47,548 nt of DNA from Parcubacteria group bacterium (GTDB lineage Bacteria; Patescibacteriota; Minisyncoccia; Phycocordibacterales; 21-14-all-47-15), in NCBI GenBank assembly GCA_016181845.1, contig JACOYO010000007.1, forward strand, positions 1-47,548, read 5' to 3'. The position numbers were made by a program, and so were the translations under genes. The notes beneath the pieces are model-generated. The model saw only the letters and a program-made list of their open reading frames with translations, ran no database searches and was not told the origin of the DNA. Below are positions 8,774-16,617 of this stretch, in pieces. The first letter of the stretch is position 1; each line of letters starts with the position of its first letter.

Positions 8774-10540
8774 ATGGCAAAAAAATTTTTAATAATTCCT
8801 CTCTCGTTTCTCGCTTTTTTCTCATATGCTTTTTCGGCAGACGCGGCGGTCATTTCTCTTTTGCCGCAAGCAAGAACGTTTGGTGTCGGGCAAGAATTCA
8901 ATGTTGATATAAAAATTGACACCGAAGAAACGCATATCAACGCAGGTCAAGCAACAGTTCGATTCCCAATTGGGATGCTTGAATTGATGAGTGTTGATAA
9001 ATCAGGCTCTGCTTTTGGTTTTTGGGTTGAGGAGCCGAAAATCTCAAACGAAGACGGTACGCTTATGTTTACCGGTGGTACGACCAGCGGCGTATCTGGC
9101 GGTTCTTTGCAAATTTTGAAAATGAAATTTAAGGCGAAGGACGCGGGTCTTGTAGATATTCTCTTGCAAGACGCGGCGGTTACGGCTTCTGACGGCAAAG
9201 GCACGAATGTTTTGTCCGCGCTCAAGGGGACGAGTGTTTCAGTGGGAACGCAAGTTATTCCTCCAGTTACTCCTACGATTTCTGTGCCGTCTACTGCCAG
9301 GCAGGTCATTCCCGTCGTTTCAGTTCCGGCACCAGAGCCGCAAAAAGTAGTCCGTGAGGCGATTGTGGCGCAAAAATTACCTGGGAAACCGCTGCTTCGA
9401 GTTCCTTTGTATGGTGATTCAACCCGTTGGTATAATCACCAAGGCGAAGCGGTCGTCTTTTGGGATGTCCCGCCGGATGCGGTTACAGTTGCGGTAGCTG
9501 TTGACCGTAGCCCGCGAACGATTCCGCAAAAACCTGAAGCGGAATTATTTACCGGAAAAAATCTTGGAGTATTGAAAGAAGGCGTGTCGTACGTGCATGT
9601 ACGGTTTAGAAATAATGTCGGATGGGGAGAGACAGCTCACTTCAAAATTGCCATTGATGTTACGCCGCCGTTGCCGTTTGAGATTAACGACTCGCTCACG
9701 AGCGATAATCCGACGCCAAAAATTCAGTATGAGGCGCACGACGCTTTATCTGGAGTTTCCCACACCGTTCTTTTTCTTGATGGCAAAGAATTTTTAAGGT
9801 CAACTTCAACATCGGTGGTATTGCCGCCACAGCCGCCGGGTCCTCACACTATTCTTGCCAGGGTGTTTGATTTTTCAGGGAATAGCGCCGAGAGCGAAAT
9901 GAAGTTTGAAATTCTGCCGCTCCAGACACCAGTGGTTGATTTTATATCGGCTTCAATAACCGTAGGCGAGCCATTCTTTGCCTCGGGTACCTCAATCCCA
10001 AATGCTTTTATTGATATGCGCGTATTAGATGCGTCAGAGCGGGAGGTGATTGCTGATAGCGCCGCAAGTGATGCACGGGGGAATTGGAAAATTTCCATCA
10101 CCAAACCTCTGCCAGCCGGAATGTATACCGTCTCTATTGTCGCGCGCGATGAGCGCGGGGCAAGGAGTTTCCCTGTGGATGGAGTAAAGCCGCTCAAAGT
10201 GCATCCGAAGACCGTGTTGTCGTTCGGAGGATTTATTGACTTTGGCTGGCTTGAAATTTTGATTATGTTGGTATTGCTTATTACATCGGGGGCTGGGTTC
10301 TTCGCGTCGCGGTATGTTTTAAAAAACAAAACGCGCGAGGCGTACAAAACGATTGTCGGCAGAGACGTGAATAAATTCGCAGACATGCTCTTTTCTTTTT
10401 TGAAAGAGTTTGAGGATGCGGGCGGGTTAAACGAAGATAGCCGTCGTGTCAAACAAAAAGCGCTCATTGAACAAGCAAAGGAAACTGTGGCAAAAATGAA
10501 AAAATATATCTGCGAAGAAGTAAACAAATTGGGAAAGTAA
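8774..10540 (+). CDS. Cohesin-domain surface protein with Ig-like domains and C-terminal membrane anchor
   Basis: Signal peptide; VGQEFNVDIKID...INAGQATVRF...FWVEEP...VTASDGKGTNVL cohesin-like domain; Pro-rich linker; C-terminal TM helix. Confidence 0.75.
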   Translation: MAKKFLIIPLSFLAFFSYAFSADAAVISLLPQARTFGVGQEFNVDIKIDTEETHINAGQATVRFPIGMLELMSVDKSGSAFGFWVEEPKISNEDGTLMFTGGTTSGVSGGSLQILKMKFKAKDAGLVDILLQDAAVTASDGKGTNVLSALKGTSVSVGTQVIPPVTPTISVPSTARQVIPVVSVPAPEPQKVVREAIVAQKLPGKPLLRVPLYGDSTRWYNHQGEAVVFWDVPPDAVTVAVAVDRSPRTIPQKPEAELFTGKNLGVLKEGVSYVHVRFRNNVGWGETAHFKIAIDVTPPLPFEINDSLTSDNPTPKIQYEAHDALSGVSHTVLFLDGKEFLRSTSTSVVLPPQPPGPHTILARVFDFSGNSAESEMKFEILPLQTPVVDFISASITVGEPFFASGTSIPNAFIDMRVLDASEREVIADSAASDARGNWKISITKPLPAGMYTVSIVARDERGARSFPVDGVKPLKVHPKTVLSFGGFIDFGWLEILIMLVLLITSGAGFFASRYVLKNKTREAYKTIVGRDVNKFADMLFSFLKEFEDAGGLNEDSRRVKQKALIEQAKETVAKMKKYICEEVNKLGK

Positions 10541-10545
10541 ATCAG

Positions 10546-10584
10546 AAAAACCCAGTGTGGAGTCGGTCTCCGCATGGGGTTTTT
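10546..10584 (+). terminator. Intrinsic terminator
   Basis: aaaaaccc...ggggttttt hairpin directly after the stop codon. Confidence 0.6.
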
Positions 10585-10618
10585 GTTTTCCTCGTCTTTT
10601 TCCCGTATACTATTTTGT

Positions 10619-11002
10619 ATGGAAAAAGATTTTGACAAATGGAATGGAGCAAAGAAAAAAACAAATGCTGAACCAACACGCTTCTATACTGTCCGTGAGA
10701 TATGGTGGTGTCGTCTTGGTGTAAATATCGGTTCTGAACAGGATGGAAATGGCCAAGCATTTCTTCGTCCAGTTGTAATAGTTCGTGCGTTTGGACCAGA
10801 AACATGCGTTGTTATTCCTCTCACGACGTCAGAGCGGAAACATCCACTCCGTATTCCTGTGGGGACGATACAAGAAAAGAACGCGTCAGCACTGCTTTCA
10901 CAGGTGCGTGTGATTGACACCCGCCGTCTTGTTGAAAAGGTAGGATTCCTTGATAATGGAATATTCGTGCAATTAAGAAAAGCCGTCAGAAATTTGTTCT
11001 GA
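10619..11002 (+). CDS. PemK/MazF-family endoribonuclease toxin-like protein 1
   Basis: REIWWCRLGVNIGSEQDG...RPVVIV...IPLTT...SQVRVIDTRRL. Start reassigned to ATG 10619, 7 nt after TATACT. Confidence 0.88.
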   Translation: MEKDFDKWNGAKKKTNAEPTRFYTVREIWWCRLGVNIGSEQDGNGQAFLRPVVIVRAFGPETCVVIPLTTSERKHPLRIPVGTIQEKNASALLSQVRVIDTRRLVEKVGFLDNGIFVQLRKAVRNLF

Positions 11003-11056
11003 CGGCTTTTCTTTTTCTGTTCTCCCTCTTGCGAGGGTAAGGCCGAAGCCACTTGT
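10975..11056 (-). ncRNA. Candidate convergent small RNA 1 overlapping the toxin 3' end
   Basis: Minus strand reads GGC-UUCG-GCC (11041-50), CCCUC-GCAA-GAGGG (11024-37) and a 17-bp stem (10975-11013) spanning the toxin stop. Ends are inferred from the promoter and hairpin. Confidence 0.6.
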
Positions 11057-11062
11057 ATTTAT

Positions 11063-11092
11063 ATGGTATATTATGCGAGTATCGGATGTCAA
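11063..11092 (-). promoter_or_regulatory. Sigma70-like promoter for candidate sRNA 1
   Basis: Minus strand TTGACA-N18-TACCAT; same geometry as the promoter at 11785-11814. Confidence 0.55.
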
Positions 11093-11176
11093 CCATGTGT
11101 ACCAGCGCATCAAAGATTGTAAAAACAAAAAGCACATTAATTTTCCTTTGGGTGGAATTTTCGCTATACTGACGAC

Positions 11177-11308
11177 ATGACTGACAGCGTGGAGAAAAAA
11201 GGGCGTTTGCATCCGCTGACGCATGTTATCCGCCACATGGTGGGTATTTTTCGCGAGCTTGGATTTGCTGTTGCCGAGGGACCGGAAATAGTTGAGGTCA
11301 AACTTTAA
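11177..11308 (+). pseudogene. Truncated duplicate of the pheS 5' end (43 codons)
   Basis: [43 protein letters not shown]; 11201-11289 is identical to 11890-11978 (89 bp). Confidence 0.85.
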
Positions 11309-11343
11309 CAGTCATATTTGAATAAAGTAATTTGAAAAAATAC

Positions 11344-11736
11344 ATGAAAAAGGATTTTGATAATTGGCACAAAGAAAAAAGTAATTTACATCAAGAAAAA
11401 ATACGTCCATTTTTCCACGAAAGAGAAATTTGGTTCGCTTCGGTTGGAATAAATATCGGTTTTGAGCAGGATGGCAGGGGGGATCAATTTCTGCGTCCTG
11501 TTATTATCCTTAAAAAATTTAATAATGAAGTATTGTGGGGGATACCACTTACAAAAAATCAAAAGAAAGGGGAATATTATTTTCAGTTTAAGTTTTTAAG
11601 TGAGGAAAAAATGAGTACCGCCATTCTTTCTCAAATTCGTTTGATAGATTCAAAGAGACTGCAGTATAAGATTGGTGACGTGAAAGAAGATAATTTTATT
11701 GAACTAAAAAGAAAAATCATGCAATTGCTTGCATGA
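11344..11736 (+). CDS. PemK/MazF-family endoribonuclease toxin-like protein 2
   Basis: REIWFASVGINIGFEQDG...RPVIIL...IPLT...SQIRLIDSKRL. Start at ATG 11344. Confidence 0.88.
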   Translation: MKKDFDNWHKEKSNLHQEKIRPFFHEREIWFASVGINIGFEQDGRGDQFLRPVIILKKFNNEVLWGIPLTKNQKKGEYYFQFKFLSEEKMSTAILSQIRLIDSKRLQYKIGDVKEDNFIELKRKIMQLLA

Positions 11737-11780
11737 TTTTTCTTTTTACCCTCTTGCGAGGGAGGGCCGAAGCCGTTTGT
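11705..11780 (-). ncRNA. Candidate convergent small RNA 2 overlapping the toxin 3' end
   Basis: Same GGC-UUCG-GCC (11765-74) and CCCUC-GCAA-GAGGG (11749-62) hairpins, plus a 20-bp stem (11705-48) with a GCAA loop on the minus strand. Confidence 0.6.
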
Positions 11781-11784
11781 GTTT

Positions 11785-11814
11785 ATACTATATATCCCAG
11801 AGATTGAAAGTCAA
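11785..11814 (-). promoter_or_regulatory. Sigma70-like promoter for candidate sRNA 2
   Basis: Minus strand TTGACT-N18-TAGTAT (alternatively N16-TATAGT). Confidence 0.55.
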
Positions 11815-11856
11815 GCAAATTTTTATTTTACGTCTTTTTGATTTATACTGTTTTGT

Positions 11857-12606
11857 ATGGGAATGAAACAGGATACGAAGCAGGAGAAGGGGCGTTTGCA
11901 TCCGCTGACGCATGTTATCCGCCACATGGTGGGTATTTTTCGCGAGCTTGGATTTGCTGTTGCCGAGGGACCGGAAATTGAGACGGAACACTACAATTTT
12001 GACGCGCTGAACATTCCAAAAGACCATCCGGCTCGCGATATGTGGGATACGTTTTGGCTTAAGCCGCGAAACGCAGGCAAGCTTTTGCGCACCCATACCT
12101 CGCCGATGCAGATTCGGTATATGGAAACGCACAAGCCGCCGATTCGGATTATTGTGCCCGGAAAAGTGTTTCGCTATGAAGCGACAGACAGCACTCATGA
12201 AGCGCAATTTTATCAACTTGAAGGGCTTTTGATAGACAAAAACATTTCGCTTGCGCATTTGAAAGGAGTGCTTGGAAAATTTTTTGAAGGGCTTTTCGGC
12301 AAGCATACGGCAGTGCGGCTGCGCCCGAGTTATTTTCCGTTTGTTGAGCCCGGAGTGGAGGTTGATGTGTCGTGTTTTAAGTGCGCGGGGAAAGGGTGCG
12401 GACTTTGCAAGCAAAGCGGATGGATTGAAATCATGGGCGCGGGCATGGTGCATCCAAACGTTTTACGTGGGGTAGGCATAGACGAGCGGGAGTGGCAGGG
12501 ATTTGCTTTTGGCATCGGCATTGACCGCGTGGCGATGTTGAAATACGGTATAGACGACATTCGTCTTTTGTATCAGGGGGATTTGCGTTTGGTAAACCAG
12601 TTTTAG
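11857..12606 (+). CDS. pheS: Phenylalanine--tRNA ligase alpha subunit (short form lacking the N-terminal coiled coil)
   Basis: [35 protein letters not shown] and GFAFG motifs; CxxC-x3-CxxC insert. Confidence 0.97.
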   Translation: MGMKQDTKQEKGRLHPLTHVIRHMVGIFRELGFAVAEGPEIETEHYNFDALNIPKDHPARDMWDTFWLKPRNAGKLLRTHTSPMQIRYMETHKPPIRIIVPGKVFRYEATDSTHEAQFYQLEGLLIDKNISLAHLKGVLGKFFEGLFGKHTAVRLRPSYFPFVEPGVEVDVSCFKCAGKGCGLCKQSGWIEIMGAGMVHPNVLRGVGIDEREWQGFAFGIGIDRVAMLKYGIDDIRLLYQGDLRLVNQF

Positions 12607-12611
12607 ATGGA

Positions 12612-12759
12612 TTTGAATTATGAAACTCTTCACTCGGCAATTATTTTGATGAGCACACATAAAATTCTCTGGAATTTTTGCTCCGCTCCCCCGACGATAC
12701 TGTCGGGGTCCGCGAGGCTCCTCAAAACAATCGCCATCGTTCGAGTTTCATAATTCAAA
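12612..12759. mobile_element. MITE-like structured repeat, copy 2 (pheS-pheT spacer)
   Basis: Perfect 17-bp terminal IR tttgaattatgaaactc/gagtttcataattcaaa; core gctcccccgacgatactgtcggggtccgc. Confidence 0.75.
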
Positions 12760-12766
12760 AACAATT

Positions 12767-15178
12767 ATGGTAATTTCATACAATTGGCTACAATCTTTTT
12801 TTGAAGAACCATTGCCCGCGCCTGAAAAGGTGGCGGAGCTTTTAACGACGCATAGTTTTGAAGTGGAATCGTTTGAGAAGAAAGACGGCGATACTATTTT
12901 TGAAATTGATATTTTGCCCAATCGCGCGCACGATTGTCTTTCTCATCGCGGTGTGGCGAAAGAACTCGGCGCTCTTTTGAAATTAAATCTCAAATCTCAA
13001 ATTTCAAATGTATCGTCCAAATCTCAAATTTTAAAAAACAATTTAATAATCAACATTGAAGACGAAAAATTGTGCCGCCGATATATCGGGCGGGTGATTG
13101 AAAATGTAGAGGTCGGTCCTTCGCCGGATTGGCTACGTGATCATCTTCTATCCATCGGACAAAAGTCTATCAACAATGTGGTGGACGCGACAAATTATGT
13201 GATGTTTCACTTGGGACAGCCGATGCATGCCTTTGACGCGGACAAGCTCGTTTCACCCGACATTTTGGTGCGCAAAGCACGCGAGGGAGAGCGCATCACT
13301 ACGCTTGATAAAAAAGAAGTAATGCTTGATAGCGGAACGCTTGTTATTGCCGACAAAGAAAGTCCGCTTGCAATCGCTGGTATTAAAGGCGGCATGAAAG
13401 CAGATGTGAATGAGTCAACAAAAAATATCATTTTAGAATCGGCAAATTTTGAGCCGTCAAATATCAGACTAACAGTACAGAAAACAGGCATCCGCACCGA
13501 TTCTTCCAAGCGGTTTGAGCAGGGGATTGCTCCGGAGCTTGCGCTTGAGGCGATGGAGCTTGCCACCAAAGTTATTCTTGAAATAGCCGGAGGAGAAGAA
13601 ACAGCGGTTGGGGATATCGTGGATGTTTATCCACGCCCGGGCGCTCCATACAAAATCGGCGTGTCGCTTGAAGAAATAAATTCTTTATTAGGATTAATCC
13701 TTCGTGAAAATGATGTGAAAGACATTTTTGACCGTCTCGGCTTTCCATATGAAATACTTGACCCGATTAAAAAAGTGCTTGAAATGGCGCCAACATTTTT
13801 AGGAGTGCCATACCGGCACGGAGCGAGCGTTGTCTATGACGCGCCGCGCGCGTTTGATTGCTCCTCTTTTACCGCGTATCTTTTTGCACAAGCCGGAGTC
13901 GCCATTCCGCGAATGTCAGTCGACCAATACGTATTTGGCAGAGAAGTGCCGCTTGAAGAGATGAAGCCCGGTGATATTGTTTTTTCAAATGGACATCATG
14001 GAAAGCAACACACGGCAAGCATAGAATTTTTATCCGGAACGTTCGTCAAAGAAGGCATTGACCATTGCGGGCTCTATCTGGGCGGCGGAAAAATCATCCA
14101 CGCCTTACGGCACAATGGCGCAGGAGCGGTGTTGATTGAAGCATTGGAGGCAAGCAAAGCATTTGCTGATGTTGTCGGCGCGCGGCGTATGTATGAAGGA
14201 GAAAAGCGTTTCGTAGTGACCGTACCGCATGAGCGGCTTGATATCCGCATCGCGTATGACTTGATTGAAGAAATCGGTAGAATACATGGATATGTAGATA
14301 TCCCTGAAGATTTGCCGAATCGTTCTCAACAAAATGAAATTGAATCGCCCATTTTTTATCAGAACGTTATTCGTGAAATCTTGGCGAACGAAGGATTTTC
14401 GGAAGTGTATACCTACACCTTTGTAGACAAACAAGACGGGCAAAAACAAATTGAACTTGAAAACCCGCTTGCGGCGGACAAAGCATTTTTGCGCCCGACG
14501 CTCGCGACCGAATTTTTTGAAAAATTTGAAACCAATGCGTACTATGCGGATTTTCTCGGCATTGATACTGTGAAGATTTTTGAAATCGGCAGAGTATTTT
14601 CTGCTCAAGACGGAGGAGAAAGAGATGTGCTTGGCATTGGCGTCAAACGTGTCAAAAAAGGAAAGAAGGGAATAGAAGCAGATGAATTGCTTTTGCAAAC
14701 TCTCCGCACCCTTTTCAGTACGCTTGGCCTTGATGCGCCGTCTTTGTCAGTATTAGATAGCATAAAAAAAGATCCGCAAACGATGAGCGCGTTTATAGAA
14801 TTACCGTTTGAAGATATCGTCGCGAAGATTGACAAAGACGCGGTACGGAAATTTTTTGACGAGCAAACAATTTTTTCCCGTTCGCCAGAAGTTTCTTATC
14901 AGCCGCTTTCAAAATATCCATTTGTCATACGCGATATCGCATTTTTTGTGCCCGAGCAGGTTTCGTCTGAAGAAGCTGAGCGTGTTATTCGCGAAACGAC
15001 AGGACCGCTTTTGGCGCGGCTGTATCTTTTTGACACCTTTTTGAAAGACGGCAAAAAATCTTTTGCGTTCCGTCTTGTTTTCCAATCACACGAGAAAACG
15101 CTTTCCGATGACGAAGTGAACGAACAAATGTCGGTTGTATCTCAAGCGGTGGACATGCGCGGATGGGATGTACGATAG
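12767..15178 (+). CDS. pheT: Phenylalanine--tRNA ligase beta subunit lacking the B2 OB domain and carrying an internal NlpC/P60 domain
   Basis: ISYNWL, ILPNRAHDCLSHRG, INNVVDATNYVM, TDSSKRFE, DLIEEIGRIHGY, RDIAF and FDX-ACB motifs; inserted FDCSS...DHCGLY..IIHA. Confidence 0.95.
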   Translation: MVISYNWLQSFFEEPLPAPEKVAELLTTHSFEVESFEKKDGDTIFEIDILPNRAHDCLSHRGVAKELGALLKLNLKSQISNVSSKSQILKNNLIINIEDEKLCRRYIGRVIENVEVGPSPDWLRDHLLSIGQKSINNVVDATNYVMFHLGQPMHAFDADKLVSPDILVRKAREGERITTLDKKEVMLDSGTLVIADKESPLAIAGIKGGMKADVNESTKNIILESANFEPSNIRLTVQKTGIRTDSSKRFEQGIAPELALEAMELATKVILEIAGGEETAVGDIVDVYPRPGAPYKIGVSLEEINSLLGLILRENDVKDIFDRLGFPYEILDPIKKVLEMAPTFLGVPYRHGASVVYDAPRAFDCSSFTAYLFAQAGVAIPRMSVDQYVFGREVPLEEMKPGDIVFSNGHHGKQHTASIEFLSGTFVKEGIDHCGLYLGGGKIIHALRHNGAGAVLIEALEASKAFADVVGARRMYEGEKRFVVTVPHERLDIRIAYDLIEEIGRIHGYVDIPEDLPNRSQQNEIESPIFYQNVIREILANEGFSEVYTYTFVDKQDGQKQIELENPLAADKAFLRPTLATEFFEKFETNAYYADFLGIDTVKIFEIGRVFSAQDGGERDVLGIGVKRVKKGKKGIEADELLLQTLRTLFSTLGLDAPSLSVLDSIKKDPQTMSAFIELPFEDIVAKIDKDAVRKFFDEQTIFSRSPEVSYQPLSKYPFVIRDIAFFVPEQVSSEEAERVIRETTGPLLARLYLFDTFLKDGKKSFAFRLVFQSHEKTLSDDEVNEQMSVVSQAVDMRGWDVR
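13755..14200 (+). other. NlpC/P60 cysteine peptidase domain inserted in the PheT B5 domain
   Basis: LGVPYRHG...FDCSSFT...GVAIPR.SVDQ...MKPGDIVF...DHCGLYLGGGKIIHA...GARR; putative triad Cys365/His433/His445. Confidence 0.88.
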
Positions 15179-15245
15179 GACGTATTTTTGGTAGGATATG
15201 TGTATATTTGTTTTTTCATCCATTACCAGCTAATTATTATTGATT

Positions 15246-15830
15246 ATGGATAGTATTCAAACGACGCATCAAGACAAGAAACAATCGCGCTGGCTCAAGT
15301 GGCTCCTTATTGTAGGCACGGTGATTATTTTGAATCTATTTATAAACAGCCTCATTAAGGTTGTTTATCATGAGCCGCTCTATACTAATTTTTGCGAGGA
15401 AAAACAAGTGAAAATTATTCCTGACACGAAAGACTCATGTCTTGCCATAGACGGGCAGTGGACTGATGACCTTTTTGTGCAAAAACGATTGCTTTCCGGC
15501 GAGCCGGTTGCGATGCCGGTGATTGAACAACAGCGTGCCGGATATTGCGACCCCGATTTTACTTGCCGCAAGGGATACGATACAGCATTAAATGTATATG
15601 AACGCAATGTATTCGTGGCGTGGGTGGTTGCCGGCGTGCTCGCTTTGATTGCCGGATTTTTCTTGAAACTTGAAGTTGTGTCGCTTTCGCTTTCTCTCGG
15701 AGGCGTCGTTTCTCTCGTTATAGGATCAATGCGCTATTGGTCGCGGATGGATGATACGCTCCGTCTCGTTGTCCTCGGTGTTGCGCTCGCGGTGCTTATA
15801 TGGGTCGGGATTAAAAAGATACGGGAATAA
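15246..15830 (+). CDS. Hypothetical membrane protein (4 TM, Cys-containing extracytoplasmic loop)
   Basis: One N-terminal TM, a loop with 4 Cys, then three TM segments. Confidence 0.75.
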   Translation: MDSIQTTHQDKKQSRWLKWLLIVGTVIILNLFINSLIKVVYHEPLYTNFCEEKQVKIIPDTKDSCLAIDGQWTDDLFVQKRLLSGEPVAMPVIEQQRAGYCDPDFTCRKGYDTALNVYERNVFVAWVVAGVLALIAGFFLKLEVVSLSLSLGGVVSLVIGSMRYWSRMDDTLRLVVLGVALAVLIWVGIKKIRE

Positions 15831-15850
15831 TTTTTCAACAGCAATAGAAA

Positions 15851-15882
15851 AAGCCCCGCGCAAAAATACGCTGGGCTTTTTT
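15851..15882 (+). terminator. Probable intrinsic terminator
   Basis: aaagccc...gggctttttt hairpin. Confidence 0.5.
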
Positions 15883-15983
15883 GTGTCTGATTTTGTTATT
15901 GTGAGAAAAATAATTAATAAATCTCACGGATTATATGCAAATGTTGAAATAGGCAATTGGCATAATTTTTACCACCAAAAATA

Positions 15984-16013
15984 AAAAACCTTGCGATATA
16001 TCGCAAGGTTTTT
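15984..16013. promoter_or_regulatory. 30-bp perfect palindrome (candidate operator), copy 1
   Basis: aaaaaccttgcgata|tatcgcaaggttttt; related copies at about 16100-16121 and 16527-16552. Confidence 0.65.
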
Positions 16014-16126
16014 GAGAGGTACATAAAAAATGATGGTCAATGTGCTAGATACAAAACGGAATATTTGCAAGAATGTTGATTTTTATCAACTTCCAAATTC
16101 TTTCGATATATCGTAAGGTTTATTAT

Positions 16127-16528
16127 ATGCCGCATCTTTCAAATAAAAAATTAAATAAAAAAGTTCTTAAAGACCTTGATAAATATATTTTTTCTATTAT
16201 TCATGATGCGGGGGCAAAAACTCGTGTTAACATTTTTCGTGAATTACTCACTAAAACTGAAAAAATTATGATTGCAAAACGTATCGGTATGTTATTTCTT
16301 TTGAGAAAAGGGCTATCGTTGTATGAGATTAGCAAGGCTTTAGGAGTGAGCTCTTCTACCGTTGAGAGATTTGCCAGAGCGCAGGAATTTCAAAAATATC
16401 GTCACACAACTGATTGGGTATGGAAGCACAGCGAGGACGGCTCGTTTGATGCTTTCATGGAAGCACTTGTCAGACTCGCTTTTACAGGACGCGCTCAATC
16501 GTTTAAAAAATTTGTAGATGAATATTAA
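16127..16528 (+). CDS. TrpR/YerC-YecD-like helix-turn-helix protein
   Basis: ELLTKTEKIMIAKRI..L.LL.KG.S..EISKALGVSSSTV pattern. Start reassigned to ATG 16127. Confidence 0.78.
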   Translation: MPHLSNKKLNKKVLKDLDKYIFSIIHDAGAKTRVNIFRELLTKTEKIMIAKRIGMLFLLRKGLSLYEISKALGVSSSTVERFARAQEFQKYRHTTDWVWKHSEDGSFDAFMEALVRLAFTGRAQSFKKFVDEY

Positions 16529-16552
16529 ACCTTTCGATATATCGAAAGGTTT
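16527..16552. repeat. 26-bp perfect palindrome overlapping the HTH-gene stop codon
   Basis: aaacctttcgata|tatcgaaaggttt. Confidence 0.75.
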
Positions 16553-16617
16553 TTATAAATGATTTATTATTTTTCTAATTTGTTTAATGTGTATTTTTGT
16601 GGTTTTATATATATAAG

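Noticed and set aside
9844-10638. Long antisense ORFs (also 11788-12453, 14105-14698, 34455-35084 and others)
   Set aside because: They shadow well-supported genes on the opposite strand and have no recognisable motifs.
10973-11308. Small ORFs near the toxins as protein antitoxins
   Set aside because: The 87-aa minus ORF is antisense to the pheS fragment and the 43-aa plus ORF is truncated pheS; neither resembles AbrB/RHH antitoxins.
13755-14200. PheT insert as an intein
   Set aside because: No Cys/Ser start with His-Asn end and no homing endonuclease motifs; the motifs are those of NlpC/P60.
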